Virus record (IMG/VR): IMGVR_UViG_3300010883_019551
Coordinates: 1-64,000 of that record
From: a virus
DNA: 64,000 nucleotides
Direction: 5' to 3' (one strand)
Under the pieces are notes generated by a model. The model saw nothing but the letters and a program-made list of their open reading frames with translations. It searched no databases and was not told the origin of the DNA. A program made the translations under genes and the position numbers. Of the stretch, positions 9,931 through 20,506 are shown piece by piece (position 1 is the first letter of the stretch; each line of letters starts with the position of its first letter).

Positions 9931-10844
9931 ACCGATAAGGATCTCTTTGCTAAATCGAGAGTCGTCAAGAGGGCCTTTGTTTGGCTCTCTTTGGTTGCAC
10001 CTGCTATATGAGGTGTAATTACAACTCTATCTGACCTTTTTGACAATACTAAAATGGGGGACTTCTTAAGTCTGGGTATATTTTGTTCATTTCTTAGAAC
10101 ATCAGCACCATAAAGTATACCCCAGTCTTTGACTAAAGTAACTATATAGTCTTCGTCGACGACTTCGCCTCTAGAGGTGTTTACCACAACAGTCCCCGGC
10201 TTTATATTATCCCAGACTCCCGGTCTGATCATGCTCATTGTTTCACTTGTGAGAGAACAATTAATAGAAATGATATCACAATCCCCTATTTGTCTTAGAC
10301 TCTTGACTGATGTGTATGACATGTTAGTTACATAAGGATCATAGAAGCACACCTTCATTCCGAAAGTCTTTGCGTATTTTGCAACTTTTGTTCCAATTCT
10401 GCCAAGGCCTACTATTCCAATAGTCTTTCCATGGAGTTCGTGAGACCTTAAAAAGAGTTCGTTAGTATTAGATCTCCAACCGGCAGTGGCGTTTACAGCA
10501 TTGGTAAACTTTCTAGTCAAATTCATTATGTGTAGCCAGGTAAACTCTGCTGAAGCATGAATATCTTTTAGTGACTTCTTGTTGTCTAAGAGGCATACAA
10601 CACTAACCCCCTTGGCAATTAATGAGCTAACATCAATGTGGTTTGTACCGGTGGAAGGTGTGCCAACAACGGACAAATTTTTATAATCATCAAAGTAGCT
10701 TGTATCTAAAAACTCACTAGTCCCGGGATTGACAATTACAACTTGTGGATCTTCTGTACACAGGGTCATACCCTTTTCTAGAAGAATTTTGTCTAACTCT
10801 TGGTGCTCAAAAAAATTAACTGGGCATTCTAGCTTGACCCTCAT
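9927..10844 (-). CDS. D-isomer-specific 2-hydroxyacid dehydrogenase
   Basis: STGTNHID, GKTIGIVGLGRIG, NTSRGEVVD, ITPHIAG. Confidence 0.9.
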   Translation of the reverse strand: MRVKLECPVNFFEHQELDKILLEKGMTLCTEDPQVVIVNPGTSEFLDTSYFDDYKNLSVVGTPSTGTNHIDVSSLIAKGVSVVCLLDNKKSLKDIHASAEFTWLHIMNLTRKFTNAVNATAGWRSNTNELFLRSHELHGKTIGIVGLGRIGTKVAKYAKTFGMKVCFYDPYVTNMSYTSVKSLRQIGDCDIISINCSLTSETMSMIRPGVWDNIKPGTVVVNTSRGEVVDEDYIVTLVKDWGILYGADVLRNEQNIPRLKKSPILVLSKRSDRVVITPHIAGATKESQTKALLTTLDLAKRSLSV

Positions 10845-11542
10845 TACTTGACTCCTAACATTATTGCTTTTGCTGTTACTAAATCTATCATGGAGTCGAT
10901 ATTGACAGACACCAGTTCGTCCATGATATAGGGTCTGGACACATCTCCATTTCTAGAAAACTTTTCAACAATACAGTCTCTAGTCATAGCATAAATTGCC
11001 CCGTTTCTAATATAACAGGGCTCAAGATCCTGCCTTCTAGAGCCCTCTCCTTCAGGATGAAGACTACAAAAATCTTGTATTGTATCATCAACTATTTTCT
11101 TCATACGAACTGGATGTTTATCTTGCATTCGGCAGACAGAAATTACACTGTCAGCGCCTGTTGTCACTAATTTTTTATGTGCTTCCTTGATATGAAAAGC
11201 ACCTCTAAGCGGTGCTACACATGGAAGCTCTACAACGTAATCATATTTTTTTTCGAACAATCTTTCGCATTCCACAACAGCATGTTTTAGCGCGTCTCTA
11301 GACCATACATGATCTAGGGAGAGCTCCGGGGGTCGAGAGAACGGTACTAATGCTCCGCATTCCACAGCGACTTCAGCAATTTCTGGAGAGTCTGTGCTCA
11401 CAACAACTTCATCAAAAACGTTGCTGTCAAGTGCTGCTTTTATCGTGTAATAGATTAAGGGCATTCCATGCAGATCAATGATATTCTTTTTTGGAATTCC
11501 TTTAGACCCACCTCGGGCCAGAATTATTGCCAAAGATTTCAT
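10844..11542 (-). CDS. neuA: CMP-N-acylneuraminate (ulosonate) cytidylyltransferase, NeuA/PseF family
   Basis: [32 protein letters not shown]. Confidence 0.85.
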   Translation of the reverse strand: MKSLAIILARGGSKGIPKKNIIDLHGMPLIYYTIKAALDSNVFDEVVVSTDSPEIAEVAVECGALVPFSRPPELSLDHVWSRDALKHAVVECERLFEKKYDYVVELPCVAPLRGAFHIKEAHKKLVTTGADSVISVCRMQDKHPVRMKKIVDDTIQDFCSLHPEGEGSRRQDLEPCYIRNGAIYAMTRDCIVEKFSRNGDVSRPYIMDELVSVNIDSMIDLVTAKAIMLGVK

Positions 11543-12249
11543 ATAAACACTCCTGAATTTCTATAGACATGGTGCAACTGATTCCCCATATCTCTGAGCT
11601 GGATTAATTCGTCTAAGTCCATGGACCCTATATGATCGTTGCCGACCATGCTTTTATCAAGCGTAAAGTGCTTTTCAACATAGAGCGCGCCCCGGGACAC
11701 ATGATGAAGACAATTTGCTATTCCATAAGAATGATCACTTACACCGACAACTGGATACTCATACGATCGATGCTTGGCGCTCTTTTGATCGAGAATACTA
11801 GTTGGATATTTTGATACACAATTAAAGTATAATACATTTGGGCTTTCAAACGGAAGATCCGACGCATTCCAAAAGCCTAAAGAAGTAAAAGTAGGCAGTC
11901 CTGTTTTGATAATATCTTTGCAAAGATCTTGTTCTTTGACCACAGTTCTACTTGCAATCTTAAAAAAGCCTACCCCAAGATCAAGACACCACTCAAGTTT
12001 TTCCTCATCAAAAACAGATGCAAAAAACTCAATATCGTAAGCATTGCAAATGGTCTGTATGTCATACACTTGTTCATAAGTGAATTCATTTCTAGCCCGG
12101 GATGTATCGCCGAAGACCCTTACAGAATCATATAACTGAAACTTTGCAAAGTCCGCGCCACCTAAAGAAGCTTGGCGTATTAGCTCTTCTACCAGACGAA
12201 AATCACCATTATGATTGATTCCTATCTCTGCTATGATCTTAATTGACAT
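11539..12249 (-). CDS. neuB: N-acetylneuraminate/KDN-type synthase (NeuB family), no SAF domain
   Basis: [38 protein letters not shown]; only 236 aa. Confidence 0.85.
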   Translation of the reverse strand: MSIKIIAEIGINHNGDFRLVEELIRQASLGGADFAKFQLYDSVRVFGDTSRARNEFTYEQVYDIQTICNAYDIEFFASVFDEEKLEWCLDLGVGFFKIASRTVVKEQDLCKDIIKTGLPTFTSLGFWNASDLPFESPNVLYFNCVSKYPTSILDQKSAKHRSYEYPVVGVSDHSYGIANCLHHVSRGALYVEKHFTLDKSMVGNDHIGSMDLDELIQLRDMGNQLHHVYRNSGVFI

Positions 12250-12290
12250 ATATTCTTACCTTCTTGATTATAAACTGCAGTTGCATCGTT

Positions 12291-13562
12291 TTATTTAGAA
12301 ATTCTCATTATTATGCCTTGATGTTCTAGCACAGACGAAGCTGAGACTACTTCTTCCATTCTTATGCCGCTGCGGTTAGCAATATCTAACAGATCGTTGT
12401 GGCCATCGCTGTAACTTAGCACCCACTTAATTGCTGTTTGAGAAACTTGATTTACTCTTTGACCCCCAGTCTTTCGATAAAGACCTCGCTTCCCCAGCTG
12501 GGGCTCACATTTAGAGTATGTGTTAATATAAGTGTTGTTTTTTTCCAAGGTATCAACAAACGACAAACAAACACTAGTCATTTCCCTTAGCGAATCTTCA
12601 CTAATTACGTCAAAGTTGTCTGCAGATGTGTGATATTCTTCGAACTCCCCGGGAGGTGTTCTCATTAGAGTTACTACGGGCAAGTTAATACCTGGAGAAC
12701 AATACTGTCTTTCATCAGAGCCTATAGGAGAAAAGTCGTTTTCTTTGTACAACAAACCCATGTCATCAAGAACTATTTTCATTGCCTTGTCCGAAATAGA
12801 AGTCTTCTGGCGGCTCTTCTTGAATGTTATCGGAGCCCTATTACCGGTACACGTAAGATTAACTCCCGCTATAATTTTAGACAAGCTTTTTTCATTTTTC
12901 GAAAGCCATGTAATTGCGCCGATGGTCTCTGGGAGGAACAAAAGTCTATACGTGTGTCTGTGATTTTTATTGGCTAGCTCTTGCGCTAGCTTTATCATAA
13001 CAGAAACACTGCTTAGATTGTCGTTGCACATTGATGGATGACACACGTACGTAGAGAATATAATTTCCTTCCCGGAGGTGCCTGGAAAGACTGCCTCTGC
13101 GTATGTTAAGCTTCCATTTTTATGAGATGCATCAATATACGCACGATACTTTCCTTCTGGTAAGCTGTCTAGGGTATTCTGTGATAGGCAGAACGCCCAC
13201 GACCGGTCATAATACATTGTTCTATAGGGTATCCAGCTTGGATGATCTGGGAGGGTGTGGATATGCTCTTTGAGCAAACCTAAAGTCAGACTTGTATTAA
13301 TGCGCTTGCTATAACTCATTACATGCAGATTGTTTTCCTTAAATTGCGCTATCTTTGACCCATCTGGACAGACTATGTAGGCATCGTGAATAGCCCATTC
13401 TTCCGGTACTTCCCAGTCAAAAACTTTAGTGCCAGTTTCCACCTCATAAGTCTCTAGCGGAATGTACTTAGAAATTATTTCAAATGTCTTTCTTACACCA
13501 GTACCTGTAATAGATCTACAAATAGGGTATAGCTCTTCTATGAGCTCTAGATGACTAATCAT
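12291..13562 (-). CDS. DUF4910/DUF2172 aminopeptidase-like protein with C-terminal HTH
   Basis: RSITGTGVRKT, VFDWEVP, HPSMCNDNLS, GSDERQY, EYHTSAD, EPQLGKRGLY; family often found in nonulosonic-acid clusters. Start at ATG 13562 preferred (ATGA overlap). Confidence 0.85.
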   Translation of the reverse strand: MISHLELIEELYPICRSITGTGVRKTFEIISKYIPLETYEVETGTKVFDWEVPEEWAIHDAYIVCPDGSKIAQFKENNLHVMSYSKRINTSLTLGLLKEHIHTLPDHPSWIPYRTMYYDRSWAFCLSQNTLDSLPEGKYRAYIDASHKNGSLTYAEAVFPGTSGKEIIFSTYVCHPSMCNDNLSSVSVMIKLAQELANKNHRHTYRLLFLPETIGAITWLSKNEKSLSKIIAGVNLTCTGNRAPITFKKSRQKTSISDKAMKIVLDDMGLLYKENDFSPIGSDERQYCSPGINLPVVTLMRTPPGEFEEYHTSADNFDVISEDSLREMTSVCLSFVDTLEKNNTYINTYSKCEPQLGKRGLYRKTGGQRVNQVSQTAIKWVLSYSDGHNDLLDIANRSGIRMEEVVSASSVLEHQGIIMRISK

Positions 13563-14380
13563 GGGCGGCCCCACACTTCAGTTGCAGTCATCATTGTTTT
13601 GTTTCGTACTTCCCCAGAGCTAATGGTGGGAACTGATACACTGTTCTTTAATTCCACTAGACCCGCACTACTTAATGTAGACAGCGCATTTTTATACGAT
13701 CCCTCATTACACCCATCAATATCAAATCTTTGGTGGAACTCTATGATGACTAAGTCTAGACCGTTTAAGAATGATTTATTCTCTTCTAGAAATTGAAATT
13801 CTCCACCCTCGATGTCAATAATGAGAACATTAAATTTCTTCTGGTGCTTTTCTTCTAATTGCTCAACAGTAACCACGGGTAAGTGCACAAAATCAAAGTC
13901 GAATTGATTAATAGAATAGTCTTCTTTTTTTACCTCTGAATCAACCTTAGCGCAGAGGGTAGCCATTTCGTAAGCATTATGACCGAGCCCATCATTATGA
14001 ATCATTGTTGAGCCGGATTGGGGAGCTCCGGACGCTGGATAGTATTTACCGCTATGTTCTCTGAACACTAGACAATTTTCGATGGCATAAGCTGATGCGT
14101 TCTTTTCTTTATTGACACCCAATACCTTAGCTGTCACAGGATTTGCTTCTACAGCAACATGATTACTCTTGTTACTCAGCATACTATTTGCAACTGCACT
14201 TACAACTCCAATACATGCACCTAATTCTAGAATAACATCATCGGGTTTAAGATATCTTTTACACAGCTCAACCTCAGAAGATTCCCATACTCCGTACTCC
14301 AGGGCCTCTAGTGCCCTGTCAGACATCGGCATATTACATGTAGTAAATTCAAATTTACCTACTTTGAAAAACTTGTACAT
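13559..14380 (-). CDS. FkbM-family SAM methyltransferase
   Basis: LELGACIG, VEANP, IDIEGGE, IEFH. Confidence 0.85.
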   Translation of the reverse strand: MYKFFKVGKFEFTTCNMPMSDRALEALEYGVWESSEVELCKRYLKPDDVILELGACIGVVSAVANSMLSNKSNHVAVEANPVTAKVLGVNKEKNASAYAIENCLVFREHSGKYYPASGAPQSGSTMIHNDGLGHNAYEMATLCAKVDSEVKKEDYSINQFDFDFVHLPVVTVEQLEEKHQKKFNVLIIDIEGGEFQFLEENKSFLNGLDLVIIEFHQRFDIDGCNEGSYKNALSTLSSAGLVELKNSVSVPTISSGEVRNKTMMTATEVWGRP

Positions 14381-14382
14381 AA

Positions 14383-15138
14383 CTACTTCCTGTGTCTTAT
14401 TCTCGACATTCGCTTTCTTTCTCTAGCATCAAATAGATGAATGTGCTCGTTTGGCAAAAGTTGCAAACATATTGCATCTCTGTAACCCTTTTTACAATAG
14501 TTTCCCTTGTGTACGATGTTATTGTTAAAAGCAATTGTTGAGCCGGCCGGGCCTGTGAGTTTCTTTTCTCTACCCACAGTTCCCATGGGCATTAGTTTTC
14601 CGTCGGATTCTTTGAAACGTGGACCGCGTAATCCTGAGGGCTTTTTGCTAGTTGGGCATGCATTTAATTTGTGTGGTACAAACTCAACAGGATCCCACAC
14701 ACCAAAGGGCCCCTGACTTGGTCCTACATCATTTAGATAAATAAAGAGTCTGAAGTCTGCATCATGTGTGTTATCAGTGTGCCACGTTTCAGACAGCCAC
14801 ATTGTTTTATTTTTCATCTCATATGCCACATCCTCATACCCACAGCCTCTATCAGTCGCCTTAATAGTGGGGTAAAGACGATAAACTTGAGCATTTGTGA
14901 TTACACACTGATACTCTTTTGCTATTTTTTCGAAGTCAGCCCAACAAAACTGAAGATCATGGAGTTCTCTTCGTAGCTTTTGTCCTTCCCATGTGTAAGA
15001 ATCAAAATCAGTTTGATTCTCTCCTCTAGTAAACATGCTAGCAACCTGTGCTGCGTATTTTTCTGCAAACCAGGCGTATCTTGTGTCTATAAAAATCTTT
15101 GCCCTGTTAACACCTATGGGAAGTGGGGGTCTTTTCAT
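14383..15138 (-). CDS. Fe(II)/2-oxoglutarate dioxygenase, PhyH-like
   Basis: WHTD (HxD), FIYLNDV, GP, GPAGS...HKG...R. Confidence 0.75.
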   Translation of the reverse strand: MKRPPLPIGVNRAKIFIDTRYAWFAEKYAAQVASMFTRGENQTDFDSYTWEGQKLRRELHDLQFCWADFEKIAKEYQCVITNAQVYRLYPTIKATDRGCGYEDVAYEMKNKTMWLSETWHTDNTHDADFRLFIYLNDVGPSQGPFGVWDPVEFVPHKLNACPTSKKPSGLRGPRFKESDGKLMPMGTVGREKKLTGPAGSTIAFNNNIVHKGNYCKKGYRDAICLQLLPNEHIHLFDARERKRMSRIRHRK

Positions 15139-16136
15139 TCAGCGGGTTCCTTCTCAATAATACCTTGAGCTTCCATAGACTCAAATGCATCCACCCAGCC
15201 TGCAAATCTTATACCCTTATCATCAATATACACGCGAGCTCTTGGTTTTTCGCTAGTCACCTTGCCTACAAACTTAGCCATGTCATATTTTTCTAACCAT
15301 TCCCAGACTAATTGTGTGCCTGTTTTGCCATTGACCAAACCTCTATCAGGTTTTGACTTGCATGTATTGATGATGACTGTATAATTGTCTGAAAGTCTTT
15401 TGAGTGCTTCGTAAGCTCCCTCAATTGGCACATCATATATCGTTCCATCATAATACCCTTTAGAGCATTTATGAATAACACCGTCAAAATCGACGCTGAT
15501 GTTGACTTTCTCATCCGGATAGCTATGCTTTCTAATTTTCCCACCCTTCCAGTTGATCTTTTCTAGATCTTCTGGGGAATTCTGTCCTATCGCAGGACAC
15601 TCTTTTCCGGAGCCATGGGTTAATTCATATGTAAGTAATAAAGTTAAAACCTCAGCTGTGTGGTAGTATTCTGCTCCCAGTATAACTTTCGACAAACCGC
15701 TAATCTCAACTGGAATATCCAGTGAGGTTATCATGGCAATTTGCATTCCATGATCGTTCGCCCATTGCAGTGCCTTAAGCACATCACTGGAATTTCCTGA
15801 TGAAGATACTCCTAAGACTAAAGACTTTTTCATTTGTGACTTTGTTCTTGTGCCTGTCCTACAAAACAACCACTGTACCATCCACTGATCAAAGCTGGAG
15901 TCATTGATCAAAGACGTCGCAACAACAGCGCTTCCGGGGCACATTGCATTTTTAGTTCCATTAGAAAGGCGTGTAATATCAACAGCAGCATGGTCAGCAA
16001 CAGCTAAATTGCCACCATGTCCTAACACATAAATGTCATTGCAATTATTAAACTTTTCTTGTAGATCTTTCCAGTCTGGAGTGTTGACAACTCTTACAAA
16101 CTTTTCATCAATATTTTCGAAATTAAGCATTGTCAA
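15135..16136 (-). CDS. SIS sugar-phosphate isomerase (GmhA-like) fused to a HAD phosphatase
   Basis: N-terminal GHGGNLAVADH and SSSGNSSDV (SIS/GmhA-like); C-terminal SVDFDGVIH...KPRARVYIDD (HAD). Confidence 0.8.
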   Translation of the reverse strand: MTMLNFENIDEKFVRVVNTPDWKDLQEKFNNCNDIYVLGHGGNLAVADHAAVDITRLSNGTKNAMCPGSAVVATSLINDSSFDQWMVQWLFCRTGTRTKSQMKKSLVLGVSSSGNSSDVLKALQWANDHGMQIAMITSLDIPVEISGLSKVILGAEYYHTAEVLTLLLTYELTHGSGKECPAIGQNSPEDLEKINWKGGKIRKHSYPDEKVNISVDFDGVIHKCSKGYYDGTIYDVPIEGAYEALKRLSDNYTVIINTCKSKPDRGLVNGKTGTQLVWEWLEKYDMAKFVGKVTSEKPRARVYIDDKGIRFAGWVDAFESMEAQGIIEKEPAE

Positions 16137-16815
16137 TTGCCTCTGTGTGTGATTCTATCATTAGCGTTGTGTCCATTCCCAATGCCAGAACTCCGTACCC
16201 ATCATATTTCGGTATCTCTCTAGCGATATCGGAAGGAATGTGTATACCCATTTTATGTTTCCCAACAGATGATACAACTTTGTCTAGATACTTGTGATAT
16301 AAATCATGATCAAACTGACCTGGGATTCCCAAGCTTGATGTTAGGTCATAAGGGCCTACGAGATAATAGTCAAAATTTCGGCTAGCAATTTGTCCTATAT
16401 TGTCGACTCCTTTCTTAGACTCAATCTGTGCTATCAATAGGGGCTTTTTTGTATCTAAAGGTTCTTGACCCCACTTATTTTGTCGAACTAGTCCCATGCC
16501 TCTTCGGCCGGTGCTTTTTTGGCTTGGGTATAAACACATGCTAGTAATTTTTTCTGCCTGAGCATGTGTCTCAACAGTAGAGAAAATAAGGCCATCAGCG
16601 CCTGAGTCTAGACAGATTCTTACCATAGTCACTGTTTCTTCCGCTAATCGAACAAAACATTTCTTTCCAGAAAGCGTCACAACTTGAATACACGATGTCA
16701 ATGTTTCATTATTAAATGACCCATGTTCTGTGTCTATTACTACTCCGTCACAATCTAAATTTGCAAGAATTTCACTTACAATAGGCGATGGTATCTGCTG
16801 CCATGTCAGTATCAT
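16123..16815 (-). CDS. HpcH/HpaI class II pyruvate aldolase
   Basis: IDTEHG, LDSGADG, GRRGMG, QIESKKGV, GPYDL. Confidence 0.85.
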   Translation of the reverse strand: MILTWQQIPSPIVSEILANLDCDGVVIDTEHGSFNNETLTSCIQVVTLSGKKCFVRLAEETVTMVRICLDSGADGLIFSTVETHAQAEKITSMCLYPSQKSTGRRGMGLVRQNKWGQEPLDTKKPLLIAQIESKKGVDNIGQIASRNFDYYLVGPYDLTSSLGIPGQFDHDLYHKYLDKVVSSVGKHKMGIHIPSDIAREIPKYDGYGVLALGMDTTLMIESHTEAIDNA

Positions 16816-17528
16816 ACAAATAACTCCTCTAGTTTTTTTCTAGGGTACACATGTAAAGCTCCTCCCACAGAGGCATTAAAAATTTTTACGCCCACATTTT
16901 CTGTCATTCTTTTCGCAAGCATATGAGCCTCATGCGAATGTATATCACCGAGTGGGTCATATTTTATAGGATTATACTTGGGGTCAAAATTTGAAGTAGT
17001 AGGCCCAAATCCTAAATCACAACCCAAAAGATATATTTCTTTGAATCCCATATAAGCTGCCAATTGTATACAAGTTAATAGAATCGTGCCCCACTTAGTT
17101 GCTGTCTCCATTGGATTATTTGACCAGTATTCATCAGGGTACGGATAACCTGCTCTTCCACCGGTGGATTTAATCATGTATACGTGATCTAATTTTTTGC
17201 AATCATTGAAAAAGCTTTTTGTTGTGCTATTGATGTCTACAGAATCGCTGTTAAAAAAGCATGGAATTTCTAGCTCGACGTTTTTATTTGCAGACAACAA
17301 CCAGTCATATCGGTAGATATCTGAGCTTACCATAACATAAAAACTGGGGTGCCAATTTCTTTTTTCGTATAGTAGGGATAATTTATTGCACCCAAATGTA
17401 TACTCATCTCGCAGAAGATCTAGATTTGTCTTGTTAAGACTTGGACCATTTCCCAGGATAAAACATCGTTCGCCTTTATGAATCCCTTTATATTCTTTTT
17501 TGTTTTTAACAATCTTCGCTTTTTTCAT
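16812..17528 (-). CDS. DUF115/MptE-like (Maf-type) ulosonic acid transferase candidate
   Basis: RCFILGNGPSL, QLAAYMGFKEIYLLGCD; start at ATG 17528 preferred over 17564. Confidence 0.75.
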   Translation of the reverse strand: MKKAKIVKNKKEYKGIHKGERCFILGNGPSLNKTNLDLLRDEYTFGCNKLSLLYEKRNWHPSFYVMVSSDIYRYDWLLSANKNVELEIPCFFNSDSVDINSTTKSFFNDCKKLDHVYMIKSTGGRAGYPYPDEYWSNNPMETATKWGTILLTCIQLAAYMGFKEIYLLGCDLGFGPTTSNFDPKYNPIKYDPLGDIHSHEAHMLAKRMTENVGVKIFNASVGGALHVYPRKKLEELFV

Positions 17529-18228
17529 TCGTGCCCTCGATCGTCTTCCAGTACAAAATTTCACCTAAAGTGAATTGCCATTCATAGTCAATATCAAATG
17601 ATTCAAGCTCAGGAACAATATAGAGCGCAGGATCAGAATTCTTAAAAGATCCCATCCAAATATTGTCTTTGATTATATCTAGTCGACTTCCGTACATCGT
17701 ATGGGCAGCTTCATATGTCGGTGCGACTGCCTTTGTGTTCATTATAGTCTGGCCTTCTGGCCAGGGTGTTACCATACTACCCTTGTCATTCCAAAAATAG
17801 TTTCTTTTGTCAATAACAGCCATAAGACCGCGCTCTTCTTGATCTAGATAAGCTTGAAAAAATCCATCAATTGACGCTGTTTTAAGCAGAGGATTGCATG
17901 CACTTACTAATACAACATACTTGAACTTGTCCGGCAACTTATTGTGCCACTCGTATATTGTCTGGAGGCTGTTATCATTTGTAGCAGACTCCTCAGATCT
18001 TTCAAATATATTCACGCCGTGCTTGACAGCAACTTCCTTGAGCTCGTTTTCGTATACAGAAACAAAGAAATTTTCTTTTGGTATCACACTGGACGCCAAT
18101 ATTTTTTTAATGCCAATCTCAAATAAAGATGAACCGCAAAACTCTCGAAGCATTTTTCGAGGAACGCGCTCAGAACATAGACGCGCCTGGATTATTACTG
18201 CAACTTCATCTACTGATTTCACTCCCAA
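17506..18228 (-). CDS. CMP-ulosonate cytidylyltransferase (NeuA/KdsB-like), second paralog
   Basis: QARLCSERVPRKM, CNPLL, FDIDYEWQF. Confidence 0.8.
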   Translation of the reverse strand: MGVKSVDEVAVIIQARLCSERVPRKMLREFCGSSLFEIGIKKILASSVIPKENFFVSVYENELKEVAVKHGVNIFERSEESATNDNSLQTIYEWHNKLPDKFKYVVLVSACNPLLKTASIDGFFQAYLDQEERGLMAVIDKRNYFWNDKGSMVTPWPEGQTIMNTKAVAPTYEAAHTMYGSRLDIIKDNIWMGSFKNSDPALYIVPELESFDIDYEWQFTLGEILYWKTIEGTNEKSEDC

Positions 18229-19007
18229 ACTCCTGATAATGCTGTTTTGATCTTGTCATGAGCGTTAACCAGCGTTTCAATTCTGTCAAGATTGATTTGA
18301 CAATCTCCATCGGAGACAGCGGAGGAAGGCTCAGGATGACATTCCGCAAATATTCCGTTATACTGAAACACGTCTGTTCCTAGCAAGAATCTCTCGGCAA
18401 GATCGCTGCGCCCTTGTATTCCATAAACATCTCTGCTTCTTTGGGTTGAGTGGGTGCAGTCAATAAAAACCTTATCATAGTGTTCTTGAAGTACGTCGAC
18501 AATGTCAAAGTCTACCAAGAGTTTGTGATAGCCATGCATGGTTCCACGCTCTGTAATCCATACTTCTGCATTTTCATTGGTCTCACGGACCTTATCAACA
18601 GAAACCACTAGATTATTTGGTCCTAACCACTGTCCCTTTTTAATATTGACAACATCAAAATGTCTAGCACATTCTACTACAAGATCTGTCTGACGACACA
18701 AAAATGCTGGGATTTGAATGCAATCAATAGTGCCCGCTAGCTTCTCAACTTGCCAGACCTCATGAACATCTGTGCATAGTCGAACACCAGGATGTCTATT
18801 TTTTACTTCTCTAAAGATTTCTAGACTTTCCTCTAAGCCCGGACCTCTGCCTCCATGGAGTGAGGTTCTATTGGCTTTATCAAATGATGCCTTCAAGTAC
18901 CAATCACGGCCGTTCATAACTCGAGCTAGCTCGTCAGAAACCTTGAAATAGTTCTCTCTGTTTTCTATAGAACAGGGTCCTAAAACCCATGTTGTCTCAT
19001 CTTTCAT
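18219..19007 (-). CDS. kdsA: 3-deoxy-D-manno-octulosonate 8-phosphate synthase
   Basis: GPCSIE, KASFDKANRTS, QIPAFLCRQTDL, NIKKGQ, ERG, DCTHS, ECHP, DG. Confidence 0.92.
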   Translation of the reverse strand: MKDETTWVLGPCSIENRENYFKVSDELARVMNGRDWYLKASFDKANRTSLHGGRGPGLEESLEIFREVKNRHPGVRLCTDVHEVWQVEKLAGTIDCIQIPAFLCRQTDLVVECARHFDVVNIKKGQWLGPNNLVVSVDKVRETNENAEVWITERGTMHGYHKLLVDFDIVDVLQEHYDKVFIDCTHSTQRSRDVYGIQGRSDLAERFLLGTDVFQYNGIFAECHPEPSSAVSDGDCQINLDRIETLVNAHDKIKTALSGVWE

Positions 19008-19046
19008 CTTTAATTCCTTGTATACACATCAGTTGCGCTCATATCA

Positions 19047-19706
19047 TTATAGCCTGTCTAGGCCTGCTTTGTACACTTTCACACAGGTATTCCAGTCATC
19101 TTCGTAATCAATGTCTAGAGACTCGGGAAAAGATGTCTCATAAAAGTATGGATTGTTCCCAACACGACGGCCTGTTTTCATAAATTTGTCTGCATCAAAC
19201 ATGTAAAAGAGAGAGTTTTCTCTATAAACCTCTTTCAGCTCCTGAGTTGGCAACAATATTTCTGGATCGTGGTTGTGAGGACACATAACTCCTTTTTCAT
19301 TTGTCCATAGGCGTTCTTGTATTACATCACACGCTGTGACAGAATCATGATGTGCTAGTTTAGAAATTGCAGACTTCAAAGTTTCCGGTCTTATAAAAGG
19401 ACTCGTGACATGAACCTGACAAATGGGGCCGGCTACTATGAACTGCATTATAAAATCGGTTATAAGACTACAAACAGAAATGTTATCTCCTAAAAGACTT
19501 GGGTTTCGCTCATATCCTCTTACATGGCTTAAGCTGGGATTGTCGGCGATTTCGTCTAATATCTTGTAGCTATCAGTATCAACATATACTTCAAAATCCC
19601 TAAGACGACTCAAGGTATGCACATAAAGTGGAACACCACCAAAGTCTCTAAAGTTTTTATTAGGTACTCTATTAGAATTCTCTTTTATGGGAACAAATAC
19701 CTTCAT
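19047..19706 (-). CDS. CMP-ulosonate cytidylyltransferase, third paralog
   Basis: PIKENSNRVPNKNF, DTDS, HVTSPF, PTQEL, ENS, DIDYEDD. Confidence 0.8.
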   Translation of the reverse strand: MKVFVPIKENSNRVPNKNFRDFGGVPLYVHTLSRLRDFEVYVDTDSYKILDEIADNPSLSHVRGYERNPSLLGDNISVCSLITDFIMQFIVAGPICQVHVTSPFIRPETLKSAISKLAHHDSVTACDVIQERLWTNEKGVMCPHNHDPEILLPTQELKEVYRENSLFYMFDADKFMKTGRRVGNNPYFYETSFPESLDIDYEDDWNTCVKVYKAGLDRL

Positions 19707-20506
19707 ACATACTTTACCCGCAAGTGTTCTGGCAGGTTAACTAAATGTTCAGGTGTAACTTTGATTATTTCTTCAAGGTGATCTAATTTCAGCTTACTGG
19801 TTTCGAATACTTCCTCGGGGAATAAAAGATTTATGTCACCTACTGATGCTCTGTTGATTGCATCTTCTCTTTCTTCAACAATAGCATGAGCCATCCATGA
19901 TGAAATAGCAGCATCATGGCTAAAACCATCATATAAACTCGGAGGCTCTTCTCGATAGTAGTGAGGTCTTAGACATGATTTAGAATCGTCGCCGCCAAAG
20001 AAGCTAAAGCCGTATGTTGTTGTAGGAAGCCCAGCTGCCTTATGCCCTTCCATGGCTGTGATAACTGCCAGATATCCCGTTGTCCAATTACACACCCTTC
20101 CATCTGATCTTCGTCTAAACTGGCGCTCAGGAAGTACTCTAACTAATGACTTTTCCATGTTGAGAATTGGCGGTCCGATCTCCTTGTACACAGGGCCGTC
20201 CCTTCTAGTGGCATCCCACTTTTTCTTAATCCACACTTCTCTAAACTGGGTTCCGTCACGAAACGCTATTTCATAGTTTTTGGCTCTGGCCCAAATATCT
20301 GTCTTTGTCCCAACATACTCTTCGTAACCTTTAATTTTATAGCTATTGAGCCTAACAACTGTTCGAAATTGATCAATAATTGGGCCATACCTGTTAAGAA
20401 GCACACTTGGTGCGTTTCCGATTATTATACAACCTGATGTCAGATAGTCTAGATCTCCGCCGTATTTTTCTTCCCAGTCTTTCTTTAGTGTTTTGTAGTC
20501 TGACAT
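19703..20506 (-). CDS. GT29-family sialyltransferase-like protein
   Basis: Sialylmotif L (CIIIGNAPS...ID...VVRLN...GYEEYVGTKT), motif S (TTGYLA...YGF), motif III (HYY), motif VS (HAIVEE). Confidence 0.8.
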   Translation of the reverse strand: MSDYKTLKKDWEEKYGGDLDYLTSGCIIIGNAPSVLLNRYGPIIDQFRTVVRLNSYKIKGYEEYVGTKTDIWARAKNYEIAFRDGTQFREVWIKKKWDATRRDGPVYKEIGPPILNMEKSLVRVLPERQFRRRSDGRVCNWTTGYLAVITAMEGHKAAGLPTTTYGFSFFGGDDSKSCLRPHYYREEPPSLYDGFSHDAAISSWMAHAIVEEREDAINRASVGDINLLFPEEVFETSKLKLDHLEEIIKVTPEHLVNLPEHLRVKYV

